In this document: positions 1 to 11,200 of the stretch, one piece after another
Layout: each line of letters opens with the position of its first letter
How positions within the stretch are numbered: position 1 is the stretch's first letter
Assembly (NCBI GenBank): GCA_035193785.1
Contig: CP136572.1
Location: 4,916,578 to 4,980,577, forward strand
DNA from: Planktothrix sp. GU0601_MAG3
Lineage (GTDB): Bacteria; Cyanobacteriota; Cyanobacteriia; Cyanobacteriales; Microcoleaceae
DNA length: 64,000 nt
Direction of reading: 5' to 3'
Translations under genes and position numbers: made by a program
Notes under the pieces: model-generated
Seen by the model: the letters and a program-made list of their open reading frames with translations, nothing else
Told to the model about the DNA's origin: nothing
Database searches by the model: none

Positions 1-3000
1 TTCTAGGGAAATAGTTCCGCCCCGACCATTGGGGGATGAACTATTCAGGGTATTAGTAGTAATATCTCCCTGGGGGGTACTTAGGGAAATCTCCCCACCG
101 TTAGCATTAGGGGATAAAGTGTTGAGGGAATTAACCGTAATATTACCGTTGCGGCTATTCAGGGTAATACCAGGGGATGCGGTAATATTGCGGGTGATAA
201 TATCATTATTGGCGGTGACTGCAACCGTACCATTACTGAGGGTATTAGCATTGAGGTTAACAATATTACTGGCATTAATATTCAGTCCCCCTGACCCTAG
301 GATAATGGGGGCGTTAGCTTGAAACTGTTCCGGCGGTAATTCCTAAACCGTTGAGGGGAGATTCGGTGGTAAAGGTATCTAAATTAACATTATTATTGCC
401 TGCGTTAATTGTTAATTGTCCCTGTCCGCCAAGGGTTGAACCAATAAAGTTAATTGCTCCGTTTCCAATACTGGTGTCTAATGTAACCAAATTTCCAGAA
501 ACATTAACGGTATTTACGGAGGAAAAGTTAAGTCCGGTGCTGGTGTAGATATCGCCAAACAGGTTAAGGGTACTAGCTTGTTGGAAAATTAATTCGCCTA
601 TGGGGTTATTATTATTACTAACGGTATTCAGGGAAATTGTTCCGTTTCCGGCGTTGAGTGTCAGGGTTTGGGAACCGGTTATCGGACTATTATTAAATAG
701 AATATTACCATTATTTCCGGTGGTATTAATAATAATAGGATTTTCTAGTTGAGTTCCCCCGAAAGCATTACTAAAATCAACATTATTATTGGTGGTTAAA
801 TTGCCTTGTAGGGTCGTGAGTCCGGTAGTATTTACTTGCAAACTAGACAGGGGGTTACTATCACCCACGGTGGAAAAAGTAATATTACCACTCCCCGCAT
901 TTAGAGTTAAGTTACTATTTCCATTAATAGAGTTATTAAAAATAATATTCCCACTATTATTCGTTCCCGATGAGGTGAGGTTAATATTGGGGGATGCAAG
1001 TTCTAGGGGACTATTATATTGTTGTTGACTTCCGACTCCATTACTAGCAGAAGTATTAATATCACCATTTAAAATAATTGGATTATTTCCACTGTTTAAA
1101 CTTAGGGTTCCTGCTGTACCAGCAATTGCACTGGTATTAACCCCGCCTAAATTCAGGGTTTGGGGGGTAATAATGGTAATATTTCCCCCATTATTCGGGG
1201 AAACTGGTATTCAGAATACCGGGGTTTGTCGTAATATTTCCCGTGGAACTATTGAGGGTGATGGGTTGACCGTTGGTGGTGATATTTCCGGTAATAATAT
1301 TATTAGTTGCGGTGATTTCAACGTTACTACCATTGGTGGTGATAATATCTTGGGAAAGGGTGACAGTATCACTAGAATTAATCCTTAAATTTCCGGTATC
1401 CAGGGTAATAGGAGAATTACTATTAACGGTTTGGGCATTAATTTCCAACCTTCCCAGGTTTACCGTATTATTAAATTGAATATTGCCATTTCCTGCTTCC
1501 AGAATTAAACCGTTATTATTGACGGGAAGACTATTAATAGTATTATTAAAGGTAATATTTCCGCCTCCTGCGGTTCCCGAGGTATTTAGGGTAACGGGTT
1601 GATTTAATTCAACGGGGTTATTAAAGGTTAAATTGCTACCCGTCCCGCTATTTCCCGAGGTATTAATATTTCCAGTTAACCCAATTTTTTGCCCCGTAAC
1701 GGCTAAAGTTCCAGCTTGGTTAGTTTGGGTACTGGTATTAATTTCTCCCAGGGTAATATTAGCGGGTGTCGTCATAGTGATATCACCGCCATTGCTATTA
1801 GTAGAACTGCTATTAATAATTCCGCCACTGCTATCAATATTCCCCGTATTGCTATTTAATATAATAGGTTTACCTTCGGTAGTTAGGTTGGCGGTGGTAA
1901 TATTATTTTCGGCATTAATATTAATGGTCGCGTTATTTGTAGCGGTAATAGGTTGGGTTAAATTAACCGTACCACTACTATTGATATTAATTCCTTCTCC
2001 CGTAACATTAATTCCCCCATTGCTATTAATATTTCCACTGGTTAGATTTAAACTATTTAATGGATTTGTTTCTCCTATTGCTTGATTAATATTAACGGTT
2101 CCCGTCCCAGCTTCCAAGGTCAAATTAGCAGTCCCTAAACTATTACTATCAACGGTATTATTAAAGGTAACATTTCCACTTCCGGCGGTTCCAGATGTGG
2201 TTAAGGTAACGGTATTGGCATCTAAAGTCACGGGAGAATTGAAGGTAATATTATTCCCTGAACCAATAGCAGCAGAAGTATCTATATTATTAGTTAAATT
2301 AATTGTATTTCCGGCGAGGGTTAGGGCTCCCGCTTGACTGGTTCCTAAATTGGATTCTGTGCGGGTACTTACTGCGCCTATAGTTAAATTTTGGGCCGCA
2401 TTTAGGCTGATTTCTCCCCCGTCTTCGGTGGTAGAAACTACTATTAAGAATACCGGATGCGGTATTAATATTTCCGGTATTACTGGTGAGGGCAATTCTT
2501 GAACCATTACTAATAATATTCGCCGTTGTAATTTCCCCAGTTGCAACCACATTAACGGGACTATTATTATCGGTGGTTATGGTATCACCTAAATTAACAT
2601 TTTGAGTTGCATTAATATTAATTCCCCCATTTTCAACATTAACAGGAGACTGGGTAATAACATTTCCACTATTAATGGTTAAGTTTTGCAGAGGAACATT
2701 ATCCCCTATTGATTGATTAAAAGTTGTATCTCCCGTTCCCGTTTCTAGGGTTAAACTATTACTCCCCGCATTACTATCAATACCCCCATTAATTGTTCCA
2801 TTAAAGGTAACATTTCCACTGGTATTGTCTCCCTTTGTATTGATGATAATATTGGGTTCAGGCAGAATAACATTGGCATTAAAATTAACATCACTTCCCT
2901 GACCTTGGGTGGCGGAGGTATTAATATCTCCAGTTAAATTAATAGTATTATTTCCCGAAGAAATATCTAGGGTTCCAGCTTGACTATTGTTAGAATTAGA

Positions 3001-6000
3001 GGCGGTACTGGTATTAATATCTCCTAAAGTAATTGTTCCCGAGGCGTTAAGGGTTTGGTTGCCGCCATTATTATCGGAAGCACTGCTATTTAAAATGCCA
3101 GCTTGGGTATTAATTGCCCCATTGGTACTGGTTAAATTAATCGTTTCACCCCCGGTAATTATGGTTCCGGTATTGATGGTATTAGTAGCAGTTAAATTAA
3201 CGGAACCTCCGGTTGTAGCGGTGGAAAGACTATTTAATATTCCGGCGGTGGTATCAATATTATTGCTACTTTCTAAGGTGATATTTCCCCCGGCGGTGGT
3301 CATATCTCGAGTAGTAATATTTCCCGTAGCTAAAATATTAATAATGCCGTTATCGGTGGTTAAAATATTAGCCAAATTCACATCCCCCCTGGCATTAATC
3401 GTTAATCCAGAGTTAGCCAGATTAATCGGTGCTATACTATTAATATTCCCTCCGGTAATGTTTAAACTATTCAGGGGAATAAGATTACCTACACTATCAT
3501 TAAAATTGATATTTCCGGCTTGCAGAATTAATGTATTACTTCCCGGGGTAATGCCATTAATAGTATTATTAAAAATAATATTCCCACTGCCTGTACTTCC
3601 AGTGGTATTAAAAGTAATAGTAGGTTGGGCAATTTGTAGGGGGGCAGAAACCGTAATATTATTTCCCTGACCCGTGGTGGCAGAAGTATTAATATTGTTA
3701 GTTACCGTAACAGTATTATTAGCAGAAGTTAGGTTAACTGTTTCCGCCTTGGGTATTCCCTCTCGCATTAATTCCCGCAACCCTGATATTACCCGCCGCC
3801 TCAATAGCAATATTTCCCCCACTTCCCTGACTAGAACTACTATCAAGGGTTCCAAAACTACTATTAATATTTCCCTCACTACTTTTAAGATTAATTTCAC
3901 CCCCGGCATTGGTTAAGGAATTAATCAATAAATCTCGATTTCCTGATATTGTAATACTTCCTGAACCAGTGGTATTTATGGGGGTATTTTCTCCAATAAT
4001 TACACTATTTGTATTTTCGCCATTATTCACACCCTCAATTAAAATTGACCCCGTATTACTTTGAATTTGACTCCCTCCAAATATTTCCACCGCCCGACTC
4101 TCAGGAACTGCCCCACTACGACCTTTTATATTAATAGCCCCACTGTTTAAACTATTAATTTGTGCGGTATTAATTACAATAATCCCATTACTATTACTCT
4201 CCGTACCATTGCCAGTTCCGGTTAAATTAATACTCCCTGTTCCTGATGATTGAATTAGACTATTTCCTAATAAAATACCCTGTCCACCAAAAGAAGATGA
4301 ACTCACTCCAGTTAAATTCAGATTTCCATTAAAAACCTCAATACTAGGGTTATCTAAAATAAAAATCCCGTGACTATCGGGGGTTTGACTACTACTACCC
4401 ACTAAAGTAATATCTCCGGTTCCCGTAGCAGTAATATTTCCGCCGCCAAAAAGGGCAATTCCATGACCACTATTTCCGGTAGCACCACCAAGTCCATCTA
4501 AACTAATATCCCCAGTTCCAGTAGAAACAATTGCGCCTCCGTCCCCAATAAAAATTCCTGGACTTAAAGCTAAACCCCGTCCCAAACCATTAATTAAAAT
4601 ATTGCCATCGGTAGTTTGTACCTGTGCATTTGCAATAAAAATTCCCTCGCTAATGTCACCCTCACCACCCACCCCCGATAGATTAATTGTCCCGCTTCCA
4701 GTGGTAGAAATAAGAGTGCCATTTAAGATAGAAAGACCATCACTATTATTTCCCGTGGCGTTATTATTTCCATTTAAGTCAATAATTCCTGTCCCCGTAG
4801 AAGCAATATTACTCTGACTCAGATAAACCCCCACACCACCATTGGTTTCCGGCGGTAGTTCCTGCTATTTGAATTGTGCCATCAACGGTTAAAATATTGC
4901 CTTGACTCAAATTTACCCCAAAACTATTTAATCCATTCTCACTATTTCCGGTTAAGTTAATATTCCCTGTTGTGCTTTGCAAGGTGGAATTATTATTAAT
5001 TAAAATTCCGATATTACTTGTTTGAAACCCTTGGCTATTACCAATAATATTAATTATTCCTGTGTCTGAGTTAATCGTAGATTGGTCTAACCAAACACCT
5101 ATATTTGTATCGGTTTGTGTGCCACTGGTTCCGGTTAAATTAACATCACCATTCCCCGAATTTAAGCTACTATTTGTTAGAAGAATCCCATGATTAAAAG
5201 GTTGGTTATCAACACCAATTCCATCTAGGGTGATGTTTCCCCCTAAACTATTAATTTGACTATTATCAATCCAAATTCCAGAACGAAAAAGCGAATTTCC
5301 TCGACCCGTTACGGTAAAAGCTCCTCGGTTTGTATCAATATTGGCATTACGAATAAAAACAGAACCATTATTATTATTGTCAAAATCCGCATTAAAATTG
5401 AGGTTTAATTTATCACTATCATTCGGGATACTATCACTAATAGTCTGTCCATCGAGAATAATATTCCCAGCCGCATTTAGGGTTAAACTTCTTTCCCCCC
5501 CAATTGCATTAAAATCTAAGGAGGTTTGAAAGGTAATATTCCCATCTTGGGAATTGGTTCCCACATCTCCGGTTTCGACAACAACATTCCCTTCACTGAG
5601 GGCTGATTTTAATATAGAAACACTTAATCTAGCATTATCATCGCTGGTATTAAATAGGAATTCCCCCGTGGGTAAAATATTTTGATTCAGGTTAGTATTT
5701 CCCCCCGTATCATCGACAATATCAATATTATTTGGGTCAATTAACCAGGTTCCTCCTAACCCTACGGGGGCGGAAATATCGGGAGCCCTGTTAATATCTA
5801 AAATACCGCGACTACTGGTTTCAACAAATCCGCCATTGCCATTTTGCATTCCCCCCCGCACTTGAATATCACCATAAACTTGAGTTAAATCCTCAGACCA
5901 AACAATAACTCGACCGCCATTTCCCGTGTCTAAAGCATTAGCATTAATAAAAGAATCGGCACTAATAAAGGTTTTTTGTGCCTGGGGAAAATCCCCCAAT

Positions 6001-7034
6001 CCTTTATAGTCTCCCCCGATTAAAACCGTTCCTCCTCCGGTTAACCCAGAGGCATTCAAGGTACTATTAATTATTCCTATTCTATCCCCCGTTAACTGAA
6101 GATTCCCCCCGGTTTGGGTGGGGGAACTGACATCAATTGTTCCCGATAAAATAGTGGTTCCTGGTTCGGTGGGAACCGTAATTCCCGAAGCGGTTAAAAC
6201 TACATTTCCCTGTTCATTAACCTTAACTTGATTAGCAGTTACCGAAGTTCCTCCGGTGAGTAATTCAGGTAAGGATAGGGCGGTAAAGGTGGAATTATTT
6301 GGGGGAATATCTGAAGTTAATTCTAAATTTAATAGGTGTCCTTCCTGGGAAAGTCTAACTGAATTTTCCCCGGTCACCGATGCAATTGTAATTTTTCCGG
6401 CGGGGGCAGAAATTGTTCCGGTATTTAAAACAGTTCCTGCTAATAATGTTATATTCTCCCCCGGGGAAACCGTGAGATTTCCTAAATTAACTAAACTCCC
6501 AGGATTTTCGGAATTAAATACAAAATCCCTGGGAGTTCCCACTAAGGTTTGCCATTGATTTTCCCCAATAGCTTGAAACCAATTTTGATTCCCAAATCCA
6601 ATACTATTTGCGGTGGTCGCAGTAAAAGAGGCGGGAATATTTAAACTGGCACTTTCCCCAAAAACAATTCCCGCCGGATTGATTAAAAATAGGTTAGAAT
6701 TTCCTCCAGTAACTTGAATTAACCCATTAATAAAAGAGGCTTCTCCCCCGGTGACTCGTCCTAAGATATTCTGAATTTGAGGATGGGAAATAAAATTGAG
6801 AATTTGCCCCTGGGAGAGTCCTAACTTTTCAAAACTATGGAATAAATTTGCCCCATTTCCCGATAAACTGCCGCCATTAATATTAAACTGATTTCCCTGA
6901 TGGGTGACTTGGGTTCCGGTTCCATCCTGTGCCGGAATAATCATTTGTGCCGTGATTGCAGTGGGAAATAGGCAAACCAACAGCACCGATGGAAACCATG
7001 ACCCGGGGAGTGAATAGAACCGGAATTTTTGCAC
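1..7034 (-). CDS. Giant filamentous haemagglutinin-family exoprotein with N-terminal secretion/haemagglutination domain and long Gly/Asn/Thr/Ile beta-helix repeats; split into several ORFs by frameshifts; 3' end lies outside the window
   Basis: ORF 4809..7034 has a signal-like N-terminus and the motifs NLFHSF, NILGRVTGG, NLFLINPAGIVFG, NGGFVETS and WLIDP. Overlapping minus-strand ORFs (3734..4834, 2299..3909, 1191..2552, 314..868) continue the same repeat type. Confidence 0.9.
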
Positions 7035-7227
7035 AAGGTTGTAACTTGGGGAGGCGCGTTTGTTTCCGATTCATGTTTCCAACCTATCCAGAGAAAGTTG
7101 TCTCTATCCTAGGCTAATTTTTCCTAAATAGCAACTCTTAATCTTGATAATAAATCATAAATCTTTATAAAAATTATCCCCTTCTATAGTAAACTAAGAA
7201 AATGCACTCAATCCCGTCTAATCATCA

Positions 7228-7854
7228 ATGGATCAACATCAACATCCGGTAATTCTGAAGGAGTCTGTAGCCACAACAGACTTAACAACACTGCGCCATT
7301 GGCTACTAGATTTATTTTGTCAACTCGCCTATAAAGAAGGAGATTTTATACTTTCTTCTGGTCAACCGAGTTCCTACTATATTAATGGGAAACAAGTCAC
7401 TTTGCATCCCCATGGAGCCCTAGCCATCGGCCGTTTGTTATTAGCAATGTTACCCGAAGATACCCAAGCGGTGGCCGGATTGACCCTGGGGGCTGACCCG
7501 ATGGTCTCGGCGGTAAGCGTGGTTTCCGCCTATCAAAATCGGCCGGTTTTTGCCCTAATTGTGCGTAAGGAAGCCAAAGGACACGGAACCCAAGCCTATA
7601 TTGAGGGGCCAACTTTACCCCCGGGAGCCCAAGTGGTGGTCTTAGAAGATGTGGTGACCACCGGACAGTCGGCGATGAAAGCGGTTCAACGCCTACGCGA
7701 TGGGGGATATCAAGTTAATCATATTATCGCCTTAGTTGACCGACAACAGGGGGGCGGGGAACTCTATCAGCAGGAAGGCCTAGAATTTCAGAGTCTATTT
7801 ACGATAGATGAATTAAAAGCCCATAATGCTAGTAGCAATTGTGCCAAAATGTGA
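7228..7854 (+). CDS. pyrE: Orotate phosphoribosyltransferase
   Basis: GDFILSSGQPSSYYINGK, RKEAKGHG and the PRPP-binding loop VVVLEDVVTTGQS. Confidence 0.96.
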   Translation: MDQHQHPVILKESVATTDLTTLRHWLLDLFCQLAYKEGDFILSSGQPSSYYINGKQVTLHPHGALAIGRLLLAMLPEDTQAVAGLTLGADPMVSAVSVVSAYQNRPVFALIVRKEAKGHGTQAYIEGPTLPPGAQVVVLEDVVTTGQSAMKAVQRLRDGGYQVNHIIALVDRQQGGGELYQQEGLEFQSLFTIDELKAHNASSNCAKM

Positions 7855-7910
7855 TATTCTCCTGAGTATTTTCAATTTCGCGACATACCATCCCTTCCCA
7901 AAAATTATCG

Positions 7911-8433
7911 ATGAACAGCAAACATTTAATCTTGCCTGGATTTGCGCTTTTGTTGGGTACAGTGTTCCTGGGAAACTGCGGTTGCTAGGGAACTCACCGC
8001 AGAGGAGAAAACAGTAGTTTGTAAACTCAAAGAAGTAGTTAAGGATGCCGGGAGAGACGGTTTTGAATTGGCATTTTGGCCGATTGTTCGCAAGGGGCCA
8101 GCGAAGGCAAATGCTCCCCTAACCATCAGGCTTGATCCTGCTATAGAATATTTATTTGTTGGCTATTGTGACGAAAATTGTACCGATGTAAATCTAAGTA
8201 TAAAAACCCTGGATGGGAAGGTTTTACAATCGGAGAAAGATACATTATCCGTTATGCCATTTAAACCCCCGGCTGCTAATATTTATGAACTTAATCTAAA
8301 TATGACTAGCTGTAGCAAGAAAGATGGATGTGTTTATGGAATTGGTATTTTAGCACCCAAAGGAGTCAAGGTTCCCTATGCCCCATCCTTACCCAAAGAC
8401 CTTGCTAAATTTGAGTTTTGCCAATCAAACTAA
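7911..8433 (+). CDS. Hypothetical secreted Cys-containing protein; frameshift near the 5' end
   Basis: ATG at 7911 gives the signal-like MNSKHLILPGFALLLGTVFLG, then continues in ORF 7942..8433 with CDENCTDVNL and CSKKDGC. Confidence 0.6.
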
Positions 8434-8443
8434 TCAGTCATCA

Positions 8444-8471
8444 GTAGAGACGTGCCATGGCGCGTCTCCAC
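8444..8471. repeat. GTAG-type REP-like palindrome GTAGAGACGTGCCATGGCGCGTCTCCAC
   Basis: Hairpin between convergent genes; an exact reverse-complement copy is at 38968..38995. Confidence 0.8.
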
Positions 8472-8496
8472 TAGCCACCAGTTATCAGTATAGGAT

Positions 8497-9744
8497 TTAA
8501 GATTTCTCGTTACTGTTAACTGTTAAATGATTAACGACGCAGAATTTTTCCACACAACGCACAAACATTTCTACACCTATTGCTAAGGCATTTTCATCAA
8601 AATCAAAACGGGGATGATGATGGGGAAAATCTAAATTTTGATCCGAATTTGCCGAACCTAAAAAGAAATAACAACCCGGAACTTCTTGGAGAAAATAGGA
8701 AACATCTTCCGCCGCCATGGTTTGGCATTCTGGCACAACTCCGGCGGGAGTTTCAACTAAAGTTTCCGCCACACTTTTTACCAACTCCGTGACCCGTTTG
8801 TCATTAATCACCGGAGGATATAAAGAGGCATAATTGAGTTCATAACTTGCCCCATGACTTTGGCAAATTCCGGCAATAATTTGTTCAACTCGACTCCCAA
8901 AAAATCCCTTATAGGTAGGATTAAAATAGCGCACTGTTCCCAACATTTTCGCACTATCAGCAATCACATTATCGGTTTTTCCCGCCTGAAGGGAACCCAC
9001 ACTAATAACGGCTGCATCTAAGGGATTAACATTCCGAGAAACAATGGTTTGTAGGGCTAAAACAATATGGGAAGCCACAACAATTGAATCAATAGTTTGA
9101 TGGGGAATCGCACCATGTCCGCCCTTTCCATAAATTGTACATTGAAATTTTTCTACCGCCGCCATTAACGCCCCGCTATGGACTCCAATAGTTCCCAAGG
9201 GTAAATTATTCCACAAATGTAATCCAATTAAAGCATCCACATTAGGGTTCTTTAAAACCCCCGCTTCAATCATCGGTTTAGCTCCCCCTGGCCCTTCTTC
9301 GGCGGGTTGAAAAATAATTTTAACTAACCCTTGAAAACTATGGCGATGATGGGCTAAATAATAAGCAGTTCCTAAAGCAATCGCCGTATGACCATCATGG
9401 CCGCAGGCGTGCATAATTCCCTGATGTTGAGATTTATAGGGAACATCATTTTCTTCTTGAATTGGTAAGGCGTCTAAATCGGCGCGAATTGCTAAAACTG
9501 GCCCGGGTTTTCCACTATCAATAATAGCCACAATTCCGGTCTTGGCAATTCCAGTTTCATGCTCAATTCCCCATTCTTTCAGTTTTTCGGCAATAAATTC
9601 CGCCGTTAAGGTTTCCTTAAATCCCAGTTCGGGATACTGATGTAAATGGCGTCTCCATTCTCTTAACAGGGGTTGTAAGTTACGGATATCCAGTCGCAAT
9701 TGTGAGATATTAACTGAGTTTAAGCTGGGAATTGTAAAGACCAT
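8497..9744 (-). CDS. M20-family amidohydrolase (N-acyl-L-amino acid amidohydrolase-like)
   Basis: RRHLHQYPELGFKE, RADLDALP, MHACGHDGH, FQPAEEG and HHHPRFDFDE motifs. Confidence 0.93.
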   Translation of the reverse strand: MVFTIPSLNSVNISQLRLDIRNLQPLLREWRRHLHQYPELGFKETLTAEFIAEKLKEWGIEHETGIAKTGIVAIIDSGKPGPVLAIRADLDALPIQEENDVPYKSQHQGIMHACGHDGHTAIALGTAYYLAHHRHSFQGLVKIIFQPAEEGPGGAKPMIEAGVLKNPNVDALIGLHLWNNLPLGTIGVHSGALMAAVEKFQCTIYGKGGHGAIPHQTIDSIVVASHIVLALQTIVSRNVNPLDAAVISVGSLQAGKTDNVIADSAKMLGTVRYFNPTYKGFFGSRVEQIIAGICQSHGASYELNYASLYPPVINDKRVTELVKSVAETLVETPAGVVPECQTMAAEDVSYFLQEVPGCYFFLGSANSDQNLDFPHHHPRFDFDENALAIGVEMFVRCVEKFCVVNHLTVNSNEKS

Positions 9745-9814
9745 CGGTGTGCAGAAAATCTAAAAACTATATCAAGACCTAAAATTAATTATAACATTAT
9801 TTTTTTTAATATCC

Positions 9815-10368
9815 GTAGGGGCGGGTTCCGAATTAATCTTTCAACCGCACAAATAATCTACCTAAACCCGCCCCTACAGTTGATGGGGAATTTTAAAATT
9901 AACTGATTTTTGATTAATTAAAAATAGTAATATCCGTAGGGGCGGGTTCCAAATTAATCTTTCAATCGCACAAATAACCTACCTAAACCCGCCCTCTCAA
10001 CTGCTGGATTAGGGCGGGTTTTTTTAGATTATTTGTGCTTAACATAAATTCTGACCGGGGGTTGGGGCGGGTTTTTTTAGATTATTTGTACTTAACATAA
10101 ATTCTGACGGAAACCCGCCCCTACGGTTGACGGGGAATTTTAAAATTAACTGATTTTTGACTAATTAAAAATAGTAATATCCGCAGGGGCGGGTTCCAAA
10201 TTAATCTTTCAATCGCACAAATAACCTACCTAAACCCGCCCTCTCAACTGCTGGATTGGGGCGGGTTTTTTTAGATTATTTGTGCTTAACATAAATTCTG
10301 ACGAAACCCGCCCCTACGGTTGATTAGGGATTTTAAAATTAGCTAATTTTTGATTAATTAAAAATAGT
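9815..10368. repeat. Cluster of GTAGGGGCGGGTT...AACCCGCCCCTAC REP-like inverted repeats within tandemly duplicated units
   Basis: Several GGGGCGGGTT/AACCCGCCC arms with duplicated intervening sequences; the same family occurs at 31170..31417. Confidence 0.85.
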
Positions 10369-11043
10369 TTCTATATCTAAATCCGCAGCAATTTGAGTCA
10401 GTTTTTCTCGATCAGTTGGTGTGTCAAGATGGGGCAAAATTCCTAAAATTGGGACTTGTGTTAAAGATTCTATTAGATGGATAGGAGTCCAATTTGACCT
10501 ATCCTGTTGAGAAGTAGGTTCGACACAATTTAAGACCAAACCTTTCAGAAATACCCCCGTTTGTCGAGCTAAAGCCACATTAGCCACCGCCTGAGCGATC
10601 GCACCTAAACGCACAGGAACCACTAAAATAGTTGGTAAATGCCAATCCCGTGCCAAATCAGCAACTATCAATTCATCAGTCACCGGAGAACCTAAACCCC
10701 CCAACCCTTCTATTAATACAAAATCCCGACTCTGTTGTAACTGACATAACTGCAACCAAACTAACTTTAAATCGACTATTTTTCCTTCTAAATTCGCCGC
10801 AATTGGAGGAGCAAGAGGAGCTTCAAAATGCAAAGGATTAATCTCGGCAATCGACTGATTTAAAGCAAAAAGTTGAGTATATAATTCCCGATCGCCAATT
10901 CCCGTTTGAATCGGTTTAAAAACTCCTAAACTTCGAGATAAATAATAGGTTTGCCAATAGGAAATTAATGCCGTTGTCAATAGGGTTTTGCCCACATTAG
11001 TATCAGTGCCCGCAATCAATAAAGTCTTGTTCATAATTCTCAC
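10354..11043 (-). CDS. bioD: Dethiobiotin synthase
   Basis: GTDTNVGKT P-loop, KPIQTG and LIEGLGGL. Confidence 0.95.
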   Translation of the reverse strand: MRIMNKTLLIAGTDTNVGKTLLTTALISYWQTYYLSRSLGVFKPIQTGIGDRELYTQLFALNQSIAEINPLHFEAPLAPPIAANLEGKIVDLKLVWLQLCQLQQSRDFVLIEGLGGLGSPVTDELIVADLARDWHLPTILVVPVRLGAIAQAVANVALARQTGVFLKGLVLNCVEPTSQQDRSNWTPIHLIESLTQVPILGILPHLDTPTDREKLTQIAADLDIETIFN

Positions 11044-11200
11044 CAGTAACGACTCAACAAATAAAATATTACACCCTTATAATTTTCCCATAGAACCTGT
11101 TATATTAGAAAAATAAAATTCACTCCGTAAAAATCCAGCGATGGTGTAGGTAGTGATTCACTAAGTTGCGATCGCTAATTTCCTCAGCCCAAATCCGAAT

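Noticed and set aside
29..6558. Plus-strand Leu/Val/Pro-rich ORFs
   Set aside because: Antisense shadows of the repetitive haemagglutinin-type gene.
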